A stretch of 60,541 nt of DNA, counting the filler. It is 5 parts of 5 records of this genome, joined end to end, with 100 filler letters (N's around TTAATTAATTAA, not from the genome) between each part and the next. Parts side by side here need not be neighbours in the genome. Positions count along the whole stretch, not along the records: positions 28,021 to 40,554 come from SRR31156797_3787; positions 40,655 to 55,230 come from SRR31156797_3790; 3 more parts are not named here. One strand, given 5' to 3'. Shown piece after piece: positions 39,819 to 49,929 of the stretch. Below the pieces are notes generated by a model. It had not been told where the DNA came from and made no database searches. It worked only from the letters and a program-made list of their open reading frames with translations. The translations under genes and the position numbers were made by a program. Numbering within the stretch: the first letter of the stretch is position 1; every line of letters starts with the position of its first letter.

Positions 39819-40554
39819 ATGACCCGATTCTCCCACATTCTGTTTAACCTCGTTGCCCTCTTTATTGCCATCTATTTGGGTGTGGATATTTTCTACCGGT
39901 TTGTGGATGCTCAACTGTTGACGGTAACATCCACGCAAACGGCGGCGGGGACCTTCTCCACCCAAACCTTTGAAAAGCAGCCGCCACCCGCCCATTATGA
40001 CAAAATCAGCCGACGGGGTTTGTTGGGTGGCCCCACCGTAGGCCGGGAGGAAAAAGCGGAAGAAATGGGTGCTGAACAGATTGCGGCCCTCAAACCCACC
40101 CGCCTGAACATCGTTTTGCTGGGTACGGTTTCCGGCCCTGAACAGGTTGCCTTTGCGGTCATGGAGGAAAAAGGCAAAAGGAAGCAGGGACTCTATCAGA
40201 CCGGGGACAAGGTTCAAGGGGCCTTGATTAAAAAGGTACTGAGAGGAAAGGTGATTCTCCAAGTCAAGGGAAAAGATGAGATCCTGGAAATGGAACAGGC
40301 CAAAACCGTAAAACAAGGCTCCCGGGGACGTGGCGCCGGGAGCAGGGGTGATCAATACAACATCACGGTGGGCCACGATGATCTTCAAAAATCTCTCGGC
40401 AATATCAATTCGCTACTGACCCAGGTGCGCATCCGCCCCCTCATCAAGAACGGAAAGCCTGACGGTTTGGTTCTTTCCCGCGTCAAACCGGGATCCATAT
40501 TTTCCAAACTGGGGCTCAAGAACGGAGATGTGGTCAAAAAAATAGACAATAAGG
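39819..40554 (+). CDS. gspC: T2SS protein C with PDZ domain, 3'-truncated
   Basis: TM, PT.L...LLGTV.G, QGLY..GD, PDZ VKPGSIFSKLGLKNGDVV. Confidence 0.88.
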
Positions 40555-40654
40555 NNNNNNNNNNNNNNNNNNNNNNNNNNNNNNNNNNNNNNNNNNNNTT
40601 AATTAATTAANNNNNNNNNNNNNNNNNNNNNNNNNNNNNNNNNNNNNNNNNNNN
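40555..40654. other. Artificial contig spacer
   Basis: N-run with TTAATTAATTAA at 40599-40610. Confidence 0.99.
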
Positions 40655-40729
40655 TCACCCTGGAGGCACCGAAAATGGGAGGAGATATTTTCCGGATATT
40701 CAGCCCGTCGTTCATACCGCACGTCCCCG

Positions 40730-41488
40730 TCAATCGTCTGCCAGACCCTTCTTTCTCATGGCATTTCGTAAATGAACAATCGCCTGAGAGTGAAGTTGTG
40801 ATACTCTCGATTCAGTCAGATCGAGAACTTTGCCAATCTCTTTCATGGTCAACTCATCCCAGTAATACAATGAAATGACCATTTTTTCCTTTTTCGGAAG
40901 CTGCTCAATGGCATCGGCGGTGGCATTTCGCATCTCTTTCATCCCGGCCATTTGAAATGGATCTTCATCGCTACTCCCTGAAAGGGAGCCGATCACATCG
41001 TTTTTATCTTCCTGGGAAAAAAGCCCCATATCCTCAAAGCTGACAAAGGTCAGGCTCGCCATTTTCCTGATCTGATAAAACGCATCAAGTTCAATACCCA
41101 TTGCATCAGCAACTTCGGAATCCTGAACATCTCGGCCCATTTTTAATTCCAGATCCGCGTAGGTGTTCTGCAGTTGACGGATTTTGCTTCGGTTGGATCT
41201 GGAAACCACATCGCGACTTCGCAACTCGCCCATAACCGCCCCTCTGATACGGAAAGCGGCATAGGTGGTAAATTTTGTGCCTCTCGTGGGGTCATACCGA
41301 TCGATGGCATCAATCAAACCGATAACGCCCACATTCATGAGATCATCCTCTTCCACTCCCAGGGGTAGATGCACGTGAATCCGCTGAACAATATTTTTAA
41401 CATAAGGGAGATATTGAAGAACCAGCTGATCCTTCGTCGACGCATCTCTCTGCCATTCTTTTCCCTGATACAATTCCGCCAGATCCAT
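40730..41488 (-). CDS. fliA: Flagellar sigma factor (sigma-28)
   Basis: DDLMNVGVIGLIDA, F.TYA.FRIRGA..GELRSRD, LTMKEIGKVLDLTESRVSQLHS. Start at 41488 or 41521, not 41629. Confidence 0.95.
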   Translation of the reverse strand: MDLAELYQGKEWQRDASTKDQLVLQYLPYVKNIVQRIHVHLPLGVEEDDLMNVGVIGLIDAIDRYDPTRGTKFTTYAAFRIRGAVMGELRSRDVVSRSNRSKIRQLQNTYADLELKMGRDVQDSEVADAMGIELDAFYQIRKMASLTFVSFEDMGLFSQEDKNDVIGSLSGSSDEDPFQMAGMKEMRNATADAIEQLPKKEKMVISLYYWDELTMKEIGKVLDLTESRVSQLHSQAIVHLRNAMRKKGLADD

Positions 41489-41528
41489 AGTCGGCAACCG
41501 TCCCTTCAATGGTTGATTCATCCTCTTG

Positions 41529-42434
41529 TTAAGGGGCCCCGTCAAACAGATCCCGCCAATATGACCGGGAGTGTTTTCCGGGAAAGTCCGGAGGGGCCGT
41601 GTTGAGCAAAGCTTTTGCCAATGAAACAAAACAGCGGCTCGCTGCAGCCTCGGGCTTCATTTCGGAAACAATCTTTTGACGTCTCACACCTTCCTTGACC
41701 CTTTGGTCAACTAAAACAAATCCCATATATTCGATGGTGATATTTAGAAACCGATCAGCAACCAGCTTTATCTGCTGATACACATCTTCCGCCTCCCTGG
41801 AACTTTTGGCAAAATTGACCACCAGCTTGAAGCGGCTCTGTGAATGGTTCAAGGAAAGGAGCTTCATCAAAGCATATGCATCGGTAATGGAAGTGGGTTC
41901 GGGTGTGACCACCACCAATATTTCCCGCGCGTTGCTGTTGAAAAACATGACATTTGAAGAAATTCCGGCCCCCGTATCAATGAGCAGAAAATCCACGTCA
42001 TTCATGACGGAATCAAGGGAACTTAAAAATGTCGTCTTTTGTTCATCGGTTAAATGGGCCATTTCCTGAACCCCCGAAGAAGCGGGGAGAATCATAATTT
42101 TCCCAGGCCCCTCCAATGCGATTTCGGAAATGGTTCTGATCCCCAAAACAGCATGTGACAGATTATATTTGGGGGTCAGGCCAAGAAGGACATCAAGATT
42201 TCCCAGCCCAAGATCCGCATCCAGAATCAAAACCCGTTTTCCCAGCCGACTGAGCACAAATCCCACATTTGCGACAACATTGCTCTTTCCCACGCCACCC
42301 TTGCCGCTTGTAATGGATATAATACGTGTATGGGGTTTGTGGGTTTTTGCCGCTATCTTACTCTTTTCACCCTTTCTGGCTGCGATTCTATCAGACAAGA
42401 CAATTAGATTATTGGGCTTAAGACCTTGATTCAT
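41529..42434 (-). CDS. flhG: MinD-like flagellar number regulator FlhG/FleN
   Basis: TSGKGGVGKS, DADLGLGN, IDTGAGI, PEPTSITDAYALMK. Confidence 0.95.
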   Translation of the reverse strand: MNQGLKPNNLIVLSDRIAARKGEKSKIAAKTHKPHTRIISITSGKGGVGKSNVVANVGFVLSRLGKRVLILDADLGLGNLDVLLGLTPKYNLSHAVLGIRTISEIALEGPGKIMILPASSGVQEMAHLTDEQKTTFLSSLDSVMNDVDFLLIDTGAGISSNVMFFNSNAREILVVVTPEPTSITDAYALMKLLSLNHSQSRFKLVVNFAKSSREAEDVYQQIKLVADRFLNITIEYMGFVLVDQRVKEGVRRQKIVSEMKPEAAASRCFVSLAKALLNTAPPDFPGKHSRSYWRDLFDGAP

Positions 42435-42506
42435 CTTTTGTATCTCCCGGATAAAAGGGGTAACGGGCTATGCGTTTTGAGTGCTGCTCCCATCAACGGC
42501 TACTTC

Positions 42507-43766
42507 TTAGGAATATGCATAGGATTTCTCCGGATAGGGGCCATACACCAACCGCTTTCGATTGTCACGCCCGTGGGGAGCAATTGGGGCGGCGATTTTT
42601 GAGGCATGTCCCTTTTTAAGGATCAACTCCACCAGTCTATCCAAAGTTGCCACTTTAATATTCTCAGGGACCTGCGGGCCGTCGGCAAAGTAAGACGCCG
42701 GAATGCGAGTATCAATGAGTTGATTGAGTAAATCGCCATATTCCGTGCTGTCATCCAGTCTTGTAAATATCAGTCTGTTAATATTCATGACCTTGAACCG
42801 ATCCAGAATGGCCTTAAAATCCTTCTCCCGGGTGGTCGCACTCATGAGCAGATGAATCTCCGCGGATTTCACACTTTGAAGCAGATCCTGCATACGTCTC
42901 AGGAGCGCATTTTCTTTCCGGCTTATTCCGGGAGTGTCGATCAAAATGACATCTTTCCTTCTTAAATTATAAAGGGATTGTTCCAGCTGTCGTCTAGTGG
43001 AAGCGACTTCCATGGGAACATCAAATATTCTTGAGTAAACCTCCAATTCTTGAACGGCACCGATTCTTTTGTCGTCCAGTGTGATCATTCCCAATTTCCG
43101 TCCGTTCTTCAAACCACCCACGGCCGCCAGCTTTGCAATGGTGGTTGTCTTTCCAACACCGGTAGGTCCCACCATGGCGGCGATCATCTGCTCACCCCTG
43201 ATGATTTTTATGGGTTTTGTAACTGCACCCATTTTTTTTAGTATATTAACAACCCCTTGCTTCAAATCTTCCGCACTGAACCCCCTTTTCAAGGATGGAA
43301 ACCGACCCAATTCCTTAACCAAATCCATGGCAATGTGTTCTTTAACACCCTGGTCCTGAAGTTCCTTGTAAAGGCTGAAAAACTGCATGCTATGGTCTGT
43401 CTTCCGTGAAAATCCGCCTCTCAGTTTGGCCGGTTTAAATCTTCCAACCCCATTCACTTTCTTTTCCCCGCGGGAAAGAGAAGCGCTTTTTCTTCCTTTC
43501 AGCAAAACCGGGGCAACCGAATTTTTAACGCCCATCTTAAGAGACAGCTTTCCCAAAGGTCTGTTCTCGGGCTCCGAAACGGTTTTGGTAGGTTCCGCAT
43601 CGGTTGCCGCCGTTACCTCCACGCAGTACTTTTTTCTGAAACCGAAAACGCCCGCCCCCAACTCAACATCCTTGGAGGAAAGGATCACTGCGCGGGAACC
43701 GAACTCTTTTCTGATCAGGCGTAGCGCTTCAGCCGTATCATCTGCTCTGAATTTTTTAATTTGCAT
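42507..43766 (-). CDS. flhF: SRP-family GTPase FlhF
   Basis: MQIKKF.A...AL..I..EFG..AVILS, GPTGVGKTTTIAKLAA, IDTPG, G.QVPENI. Confidence 0.95.
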   Translation of the reverse strand: MQIKKFRADDTAEALRLIRKEFGSRAVILSSKDVELGAGVFGFRKKYCVEVTAATDAEPTKTVSEPENRPLGKLSLKMGVKNSVAPVLLKGRKSASLSRGEKKVNGVGRFKPAKLRGGFSRKTDHSMQFFSLYKELQDQGVKEHIAMDLVKELGRFPSLKRGFSAEDLKQGVVNILKKMGAVTKPIKIIRGEQMIAAMVGPTGVGKTTTIAKLAAVGGLKNGRKLGMITLDDKRIGAVQELEVYSRIFDVPMEVASTRRQLEQSLYNLRRKDVILIDTPGISRKENALLRRMQDLLQSVKSAEIHLLMSATTREKDFKAILDRFKVMNINRLIFTRLDDSTEYGDLLNQLIDTRIPASYFADGPQVPENIKVATLDRLVELILKKGHASKIAAPIAPHGRDNRKRLVYGPYPEKSYAYS

Positions 43767-45861
43767 GATCAAGCCCCACCGTTGCAATGGATTCTACGCT
43801 TATATTATTGACAATTTCATCATACGACAGCACCACCAAATCCGGGATAAAGCGATCTGCAAGCTTCTTGAAATGCGGCCGAATCTGCGCTGAACATAAG
43901 ACAATCGGTTGCTGGTTGCGTTCTGAAAAACCTTCCAGATTGTGAGTAAGGGACGTCACGATCCGATGCGCCATGTTGGGATCTATGGGCAGGAAACTGC
44001 CCCGATCCGTATACTGGATGGCCTCACCTAAGGTTTTTTCCACATTATGATCGAGCGTCAGCACGAAAATACGGCCGGCAGGTCCTTTGTAGAGTTCGGT
44101 AATGGTCCGAGCCAGAGCCTGTCGCACGTACTCAGTCAAGGCATCCGTATCTTTTGTAATATTGGCCCAGTCCGCCAGGGTTTCCAGAATGGTCAAAAGG
44201 TCGCGTATGGGAACCCCTTCCCGCAAAAGATTCTGAAGGACTTTTCCAACGGCACCGAGCGGCAATAATCCGGGAATCAACTCCTCCACAACCTTTGGAT
44301 GGGAAACCTTCAAATTATCCAGCAACTGCTGAACTTCCTGCCTGCCGAGCAGTTCATGTGCATGTTTTTTGATGACATCGGACAAATGCGTAACCAATAC
44401 GGTCGACAAATCCACAACCGTATATCCTTTGGCCAGGGCATCCTCCCTTGCCGCCTCCTTGATCCAGGTTGCGGGCAAACCGTAAGTCGGTTCGGTGGTT
44501 TGAACGCCACTGATCTTTCCGTCAGCGGCCCCCGGATTCATGGCAAGAAAGCAATTCATCATTAATTCACCTGTAGCGATTGTATTCCCCTTAAGCTTAA
44601 TCACATACTCCCCGGGCTTGAGTTTCATATTGTCCTGAATATGGATGGGAGACAATATGATACCGATATCCTGGGCGATCTGCCCCCTGAAAGAGCGGAT
44701 ACGCTCCAGGAGATCGCCCCCTTTCTCCACATCCACCAAAGGAAGAAGCCCATACCCCACTTCCGTGGCCAGGATATCGATGGGTGGAACGGATTCGACC
44801 GCTTCAGTGCGCTGTTCATTGGCCTCAAGCAGTTCATTTTCCTTGACCTTCTCGGACTCCGCCGCACGTGTTTTGATCACCGAATAGGCAACGCCACCCC
44901 CAATAAGACTCAGCACCATAAATGGAACCGTGGGCATTCCGGGAACCAGGCCGAAGGCAAACAAAGCCACGGCGGCGATGGCAATGGCGCGCGGCTGAAA
45001 CAGAATCTGCGATATGATCTGACTCCCCAGTGTAATTTGCGAGCCGGCCCGACTGACCACGATACCCGCGGCGGTTGAAATCATCAAAGCCGGTATCTGG
45101 GTCACCAGTCCGTCACCCACGGTCAAAAGGGTGTAGTTTTGAGCGGCATCGGCCAGAGACATATCATTTTGCATGACGCCGATGGCAAAACCACCCAATA
45201 TATTGATTAACGTGATGATAATCCCGGCGATGGCATCACCTTTAACAAACTTGCTGGCGCCATCCATGGCACCATAGAAATCAGCCTCTTGCGAAATTTC
45301 CAGCCGCCGCTCTTTCGCCTCTTCCTCACCGATCAACCCCGCATTGAGATCTGCATCGATACTCATCTGTTTACCGGGCATGGCATCCAGCGTGAATCGT
45401 GCGGCGACCTCGCCGATTCGTCCCGAGCCTTTCGTTATGACCATAAGGTTGATGATGACCAAGACGATAAAGACAATGGCTCCCACCACATAATTGCCAC
45501 CCACCACAAAATTCCCGAAAGACATGATCACATTTCCGGCAGCCGATGGCCCTTCGCTGCCATGAAGCAGAATAATGCGCGTGGAGGCGATATTAAGAGA
45601 CAGCCTGAAAAGAGTCGCCAACAGAAGAACCGTGGGGAAGGATGAAAAGTCCAACGGCCTCAGCAGATAGGTACCCGTCAGAAGGATGGTCAACGCAAAG
45701 GTAATATTAAGTGACAAGAGAAGATCCAGAATAAAGGCCGGCAGGGGTATGATCATGAGAATCAGGATGCCGATCACGCCTACCGCCGCCATAATCTCAC
45801 TGTTTCGTGCGAGAAGCGGCATTCCCATTGAATCTTCCACCCGGTTTGCGATATCCATCAC
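43756..45861 (-). CDS. flhA: Flagellar export gate protein FlhA
   Basis: R..EVAARFTLDAMPGKQMSIDADL, FYGAMDGASKFVKGDAIAG, VGDGLV.QIP. Confidence 0.98.
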   Translation of the reverse strand: MMDIANRVEDSMGMPLLARNSEIMAAVGVIGILILMIIPLPAFILDLLLSLNITFALTILLTGTYLLRPLDFSSFPTVLLLATLFRLSLNIASTRIILLHGSEGPSAAGNVIMSFGNFVVGGNYVVGAIVFIVLVIINLMVITKGSGRIGEVAARFTLDAMPGKQMSIDADLNAGLIGEEEAKERRLEISQEADFYGAMDGASKFVKGDAIAGIIITLINILGGFAIGVMQNDMSLADAAQNYTLLTVGDGLVTQIPALMISTAAGIVVSRAGSQITLGSQIISQILFQPRAIAIAAVALFAFGLVPGMPTVPFMVLSLIGGGVAYSVIKTRAAESEKVKENELLEANEQRTEAVESVPPIDILATEVGYGLLPLVDVEKGGDLLERIRSFRGQIAQDIGIILSPIHIQDNMKLKPGEYVIKLKGNTIATGELMMNCFLAMNPGAADGKISGVQTTEPTYGLPATWIKEAAREDALAKGYTVVDLSTVLVTHLSDVIKKHAHELLGRQEVQQLLDNLKVSHPKVVEELIPGLLPLGAVGKVLQNLLREGVPIRDLLTILETLADWANITKDTDALTEYVRQALARTITELYKGPAGRIFVLTLDHNVEKTLGEAIQYTDRGSFLPIDPNMAHRIVTSLTHNLEGFSERNQQPIVLCSAQIRPHFKKLADRFIPDLVVLSYDEIVNNISVESIATVGLDHAN

Positions 45862-45899
45862 CCTTCAAACTCCCCTGTTTTTCCCATTTGAGGGTTGAT

Positions 45900-45917
45900 A
45901 TGCACTTTCCATGCCTA
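45900..45917 (-). promoter_or_regulatory. Sigma-54 promoter of flhA
   Basis: TAGGCAT-GGAAA-GTGCAT (GG-N10-GC), about 40 nt upstream of flhA. Confidence 0.6.
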
Positions 45918-46120
45918 TCATTTCAGTTCGCCATGGAAATCAAGGCAAAGGGATTTACCATCTTCTGAAAAGCTTTAATATAATAGTAGTTTTCAACAAC
46001 ATCGCTACCACGATGTTGTTTTAAAGGGGCAGGGGGGGAATAATTTTAAGGTTCACCGAAGTCAAGGAAATTTGACGACGGGCGTCAAGGATTTGGCCGG
46101 GAGAGGCCCTAAGCTTTGTT

Positions 46121-47182
46121 TCAATTACCCTTGAGTCGGTACACATATGCCAGGACTTCAGCCACGGCGCGATAAAGGTCAGCCGGCACAAAATCATCGA
46201 CCTCGGCACTTTTAAAAAGCGCCTGGGCCAGCGGTTTGTTCTCCACCAGGGGAATATCATTCTCAACGGCAATGGCCCGTATTCTCTCCGCAACCAAACC
46301 GGCGCCTTTGGCAACGATCTGCGGCGCAAACATCTCCTTCGAATTGTACTTGATAACAATTGCCAGGTGGGTGGGGTTGGTGATAACAACATCTGCTTCC
46401 GGAATGGCCGCCATCATACGACGGGCGGCCATTTCCCTTTGCACCTGCCTGATACGACTTTTGACTTTGGGATCACCTTCGATCTGCTTATGCTCATCTT
46501 TGACTTCCTGTTTGGTCATCATCAGATCTTTGTTATGCTGCCAGCGCTGGTAAGTAAAATCTATGATGGCAAGCACCATCATGGCCAGAGCGACATAAAA
46601 CATTACTTTCAAAGACGCCACACCGATAAACCCGATGATCTGTCCCACACTCATATGGATCAGGGATGGAAGGTTGTCCAGCTCGCCCCGGAGGACCAAC
46701 CACGCAATGGTTCCGATATAGAGGATTTTCAAAAAGGATTTGATCAACTCCGTCAAAGATCGAAGGGAAACAAATTTTTTCATTCCCGTGATGGGATTAA
46801 ACTTGCTGAGTTTGGGCGCTAACGGCTCCAGGGTAAACAGAAAGCCCACTTGAATCAGATTGGCGGCGATTCCCACCACAGTGACCGAAAGCATAACGGG
46901 CGCCATGATTATCAGAAACCGAACAAAGATCTCCCCCAAAAACGTTCTCACGGAATCCCCTTGCATGTCAAGGGTCCCAAGATTCTGAAAAACACCCTGC
47001 ATCAATTCCATCAGGGATCTGAAAATCCACGGTCCCGATGCCAATAAAACCGTCGCGGCACACAAAATAATGAAGGCGGAAGAAATCTCCGGGCTTTTGG
47101 GAACCTGGCCTTTTTCTCTCGCTTTTGCCAGTTTCTTGGCTGTGGGTTTTTCAGTTTTTTCCTGGTCGTTCTTACCGGCCAT
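46121..47182 (-). CDS. flhB: Flagellar export switch FlhB
   Basis: EKTEKPT.KKL.KAREKGQV, M.KQEVKDE.K..EGDP, NPTH autocleavage site. Confidence 0.97.
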   Translation of the reverse strand: MAGKNDQEKTEKPTAKKLAKAREKGQVPKSPEISSAFIILCAATVLLASGPWIFRSLMELMQGVFQNLGTLDMQGDSVRTFLGEIFVRFLIIMAPVMLSVTVVGIAANLIQVGFLFTLEPLAPKLSKFNPITGMKKFVSLRSLTELIKSFLKILYIGTIAWLVLRGELDNLPSLIHMSVGQIIGFIGVASLKVMFYVALAMMVLAIIDFTYQRWQHNKDLMMTKQEVKDEHKQIEGDPKVKSRIRQVQREMAARRMMAAIPEADVVITNPTHLAIVIKYNSKEMFAPQIVAKGAGLVAERIRAIAVENDIPLVENKPLAQALFKSAEVDDFVPADLYRAVAEVLAYVYRLKGN

Positions 47183-47286
47183 CGCCGACACCCATGTCAA
47201 TCGATGGGAGCACAACCCCACCTGCATTTGTGATTAAAGACCAACCGATTCGGTCCTCAAGACGCCATACCCACCCGGTCTTACCC

Positions 47287-48069
47287 TTAAACGGCATTTA
47301 GAATTCTTAAAATCCTTTGGCCCAGCCCACCCACCAGCGCCGCCATGAATGCGGACATGTAGGGAAGCGAGAACACCATAAAAAGAAGACCGACGAGTAT
47401 TTTAAGGGGCCCGGCAACAAAAAAAATGTTCATTTGCGGAACGGCTCTGGCCGCCAGCCCAAACGCCACACTCATCAACAGAAGAACAGCAATGAGCGGT
47501 GCTCCCAACTTGATGGCAATCACAAACATCTCCCCGCTGAAACTTATCAACTGGTCTGCCACGGCACTGCTGAAATGAAAACCATAGGGTGGAACAATCT
47601 GAAAGCTTGCCACCATGGCTTTCACAAAAAGATGGTGGGCATCAGTTGCCAGAAACAACAGCATGGCAATCAGGTTATTGAATTGCCCCAAAAGCGGGGT
47701 CTGTTCACTTGTGGCGGGATCCATGATGTTTGCCATGGCCAGCCCCATCTGATAACCCACCAGTTGCCCCGCCAAAACCACCCCGGCAAACAGCATCCTT
47801 ACAAAAATGCCGATCATGAGTCCCATGATCACTTCACTCAGCGCACCGATAATAAAGGTCAACAATCCCGGTTGGTAGGAAACGGTCTCCAGGTTCAGAA
47901 TCGGCATGAGGAGCAGACTGACGGCAAATGCCAATCCGGCCTTAAACAAAACGGGAATCGTCTGACTGTCGAAAACAGGCGCCGTCAAAACTATGGCGCC
48001 TATCCGCAAAAAAATAAAAAAGAGCAACTGCAACTGGGGCATGGAATAATCAAAAGATATCAAATCCAT
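47287..48069 (-). CDS. fliR: Flagellar export protein FliR
   Basis: AG.LVGYQMGL, DP, AVPQMNIF...P.KI. Confidence 0.95.
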   Translation of the reverse strand: MDLISFDYSMPQLQLLFFIFLRIGAIVLTAPVFDSQTIPVLFKAGLAFAVSLLLMPILNLETVSYQPGLLTFIIGALSEVIMGLMIGIFVRMLFAGVVLAGQLVGYQMGLAMANIMDPATSEQTPLLGQFNNLIAMLLFLATDAHHLFVKAMVASFQIVPPYGFHFSSAVADQLISFSGEMFVIAIKLGAPLIAVLLLMSVAFGLAARAVPQMNIFFVAGPLKILVGLLFMVFSLPYMSAFMAALVGGLGQRILRILNAV

Positions 48070-48096
48070 ACCCCCTTTTCTTGTATTGATGCCACT

Positions 48097-48372
48097 CTAT
48101 TTGGCGTAAAGCGGGATACTGGAAAAGACATTCTGAGTGAAATCGACGATCATCTGAAGTATCCATGGGAAGAAAACAAGCAGCGCCAGCCCCACCGCCA
48201 ACATTTTTGGAATAAATACGAGTGTCATTTCATTAATCTGTGTCGCCGCCTGAAACATACTCACAATAAGTCCTACCACCAGACCCGAAATTAACATGGG
48301 GGCTGCCAGCAAAATGGCGATCTTAAGGGCTTCCATGAAGAAACCGGTGACAAAATCAGGTGTCATATCCAC
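48097..48372 (-). CDS. fliQ: Flagellar export protein FliQ
   Basis: VGLIVSMFQAATQINEMTLVFIPK. Confidence 0.97.
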   Translation of the reverse strand: MDMTPDFVTGFFMEALKIAILLAAPMLISGLVVGLIVSMFQAATQINEMTLVFIPKMLAVGLALLVFFPWILQMIVDFTQNVFSSIPLYAK

Positions 48373-48380
48373 ATCTCCCG

Positions 48381-49190
48381 TTATCCAAAGCTTTTAACCA
48401 CGGAACCTACAATCAGATACCAACCATCCGCTAAAACGAACAACATCAATTTGAATGGAAGAGAAATCATCACCGGAGGCAACATCATCATCCCCATGGA
48501 AAGAAGGACACTCGCAACCACCATGTCCACAATCAAAAAAGGTACATAGAGCAGCATACCGATCTGAAATGCCGTTTTCAGTTCACTGATCACAAAAGAG
48601 GGGATGAGAACGGTAATGGGGACTTCATCAATACTCTTGGGCCGTTTCAATTTTGCGATACTCACAAAAAGCGCCAGATCCTTTTCCCGCGTCTGCTTGA
48701 TCATGAACGCCCGTATGGGTTTAGCGGCGGTTTCAAACGCCTGTTCACTGGTAATCCGCTCATCAAAATACGGTTTAAGGGCATCTTTATAAACCGCCTG
48801 CCAGACAGGTGTCATGATAAAGATGGTCAGGAAAAGGGATAGGCCGATGATGATTTGATTCGGGGGGCTCTGCATGGTTCCCAGCGCTTTTCGAAGCAAA
48901 GAGAGAACAATGACGATCCGGGTAAAAGATGTCAACAGGATGAGAATGGCCGGTGCCAGGGAAAGGACCGTCATCAACAGAAAAATCTGCAAAACCACCG
49001 AAACCTTTCCCGGACTGTCGGCATTGTCCAGGCCCACGCTGACAAACGGCAATGGCCCCCCGGGGGGAGCCGCCATACACATCACGTCGGTAAACCCTAC
49101 CAGGATCAACATGATGATCATTAGTACCGTAAAACGCCTAAGCCGTCTCATGTAAGGGGTTTCTCCAGGGATATTCGAGCAGGTTTTCAT
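48381..49190 (-). CDS. fliP: Flagellar export protein FliP
   Basis: TSFTRI.IVL, PPNQ, SELKTAFQIG, MGMMMLPP..ISLPFK. Confidence 0.97.
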   Translation of the reverse strand: MKTCSNIPGETPYMRRLRRFTVLMIIMLILVGFTDVMCMAAPPGGPLPFVSVGLDNADSPGKVSVVLQIFLLMTVLSLAPAILILLTSFTRIVIVLSLLRKALGTMQSPPNQIIIGLSLFLTIFIMTPVWQAVYKDALKPYFDERITSEQAFETAAKPIRAFMIKQTREKDLALFVSIAKLKRPKSIDEVPITVLIPSFVISELKTAFQIGMLLYVPFLIVDMVVASVLLSMGMMMLPPVMISLPFKLMLFVLADGWYLIVGSVVKSFG

Positions 49191-49567
49191 GTTTCGCCCG
49201 TTTTTTTCTTATATTTTTCCGACAGGCTTTTCAAATGATTCAGAAACGACCCCGGCAGTGTCTGATTTTCAGGCACTTCGAATTGATCCAGCAGCGATTC
49301 ATCTTCGATTTTGGTCAGCAGACGGATATGATCGTTCGTAACACCTAAGACCAGCACGGCCCCGGGTACTTCAACCATGGTAACGGTTTTTTTGACACCC
49401 ACGTGGATTGAAGAGAGGATACGGATCATCCCTCCCGAATAGCGGGGTACACCTCGCCCCAACAGGCGCTTTGAGACATAAAGCGCTGAAATGAGAAAGA
49501 CCAGAAGAACAAATAGAGCGGCAAACATCTTGACAGCCGTTGAAATAAGATCCGGTTGATAGTTCAT
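49187..49567 (-). CDS. fliO: Flagellar protein FliO
   Basis: Single TM, IRILS...VG.KK.V.MVEV....LVLGVT...I.LL. Confidence 0.85.
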   Translation of the reverse strand: MNYQPDLISTAVKMFAALFVLLVFLISALYVSKRLLGRGVPRYSGGMIRILSSIHVGVKKTVTMVEVPGAVLVLGVTNDHIRLLTKIEDESLLDQFEVPENQTLPGSFLNHLKSLSEKYKKKTGET

Positions 49568-49902
49568 TTCAATTTCTCGATTCGCTCCATGGGACTGACA
49601 ATCTCGGTGATTCTAAGGGCATAATGGTCTTTGACCACCACAACCTCTCCCCTGGCCACCAATCGGTTGTTCGCCAGCAGATCCAACGTCTGCCCCGCAA
49701 ATTTGGTCAACTCCACAACGGATCCCTGGGATAGCTGCAGCAGATCATTGATCAACATTTTGGTCCGGCCCAGTTCGACCGTCACTTCGAGAGGGATGTC
49801 CAGGATAAAATCCAGATCGCTGACGCTTTGGTTCTTACCCCGGTTTTTTGAACCGGGCTCCATTTTATTATTTTCGCTCATGGCAATATCTCTTTCCGAC
49901 AA
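49564..49902 (-). CDS. fliN: C-ring protein FliN
   Basis: LDFILDIPLEVTVELGRT, GSVVEL, ARGEVVVV. Confidence 0.95.
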   Translation of the reverse strand: MSERDIAMSENNKMEPGSKNRGKNQSVSDLDFILDIPLEVTVELGRTKMLINDLLQLSQGSVVELTKFAGQTLDLLANNRLVARGEVVVVKDHYALRITEIVSPMERIEKLK

Positions 49903-49929
49903 TGATTATAACCTGAAACAGGCGACAAT

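Noticed and set aside
40655-40715. Probable start of a gene after fliA (MNDGLNIRKISPPIFGASRV)
   Set aside because: Only 20 codons before the contig end; cannot be identified.
47317-48294. Long antisense ORFs (325 aa here; also 33293-34327, 28504-29373, 25361-25978)
   Set aside because: They lie opposite well-conserved genes in GC-richer DNA and have no motifs; typical shadow ORFs.
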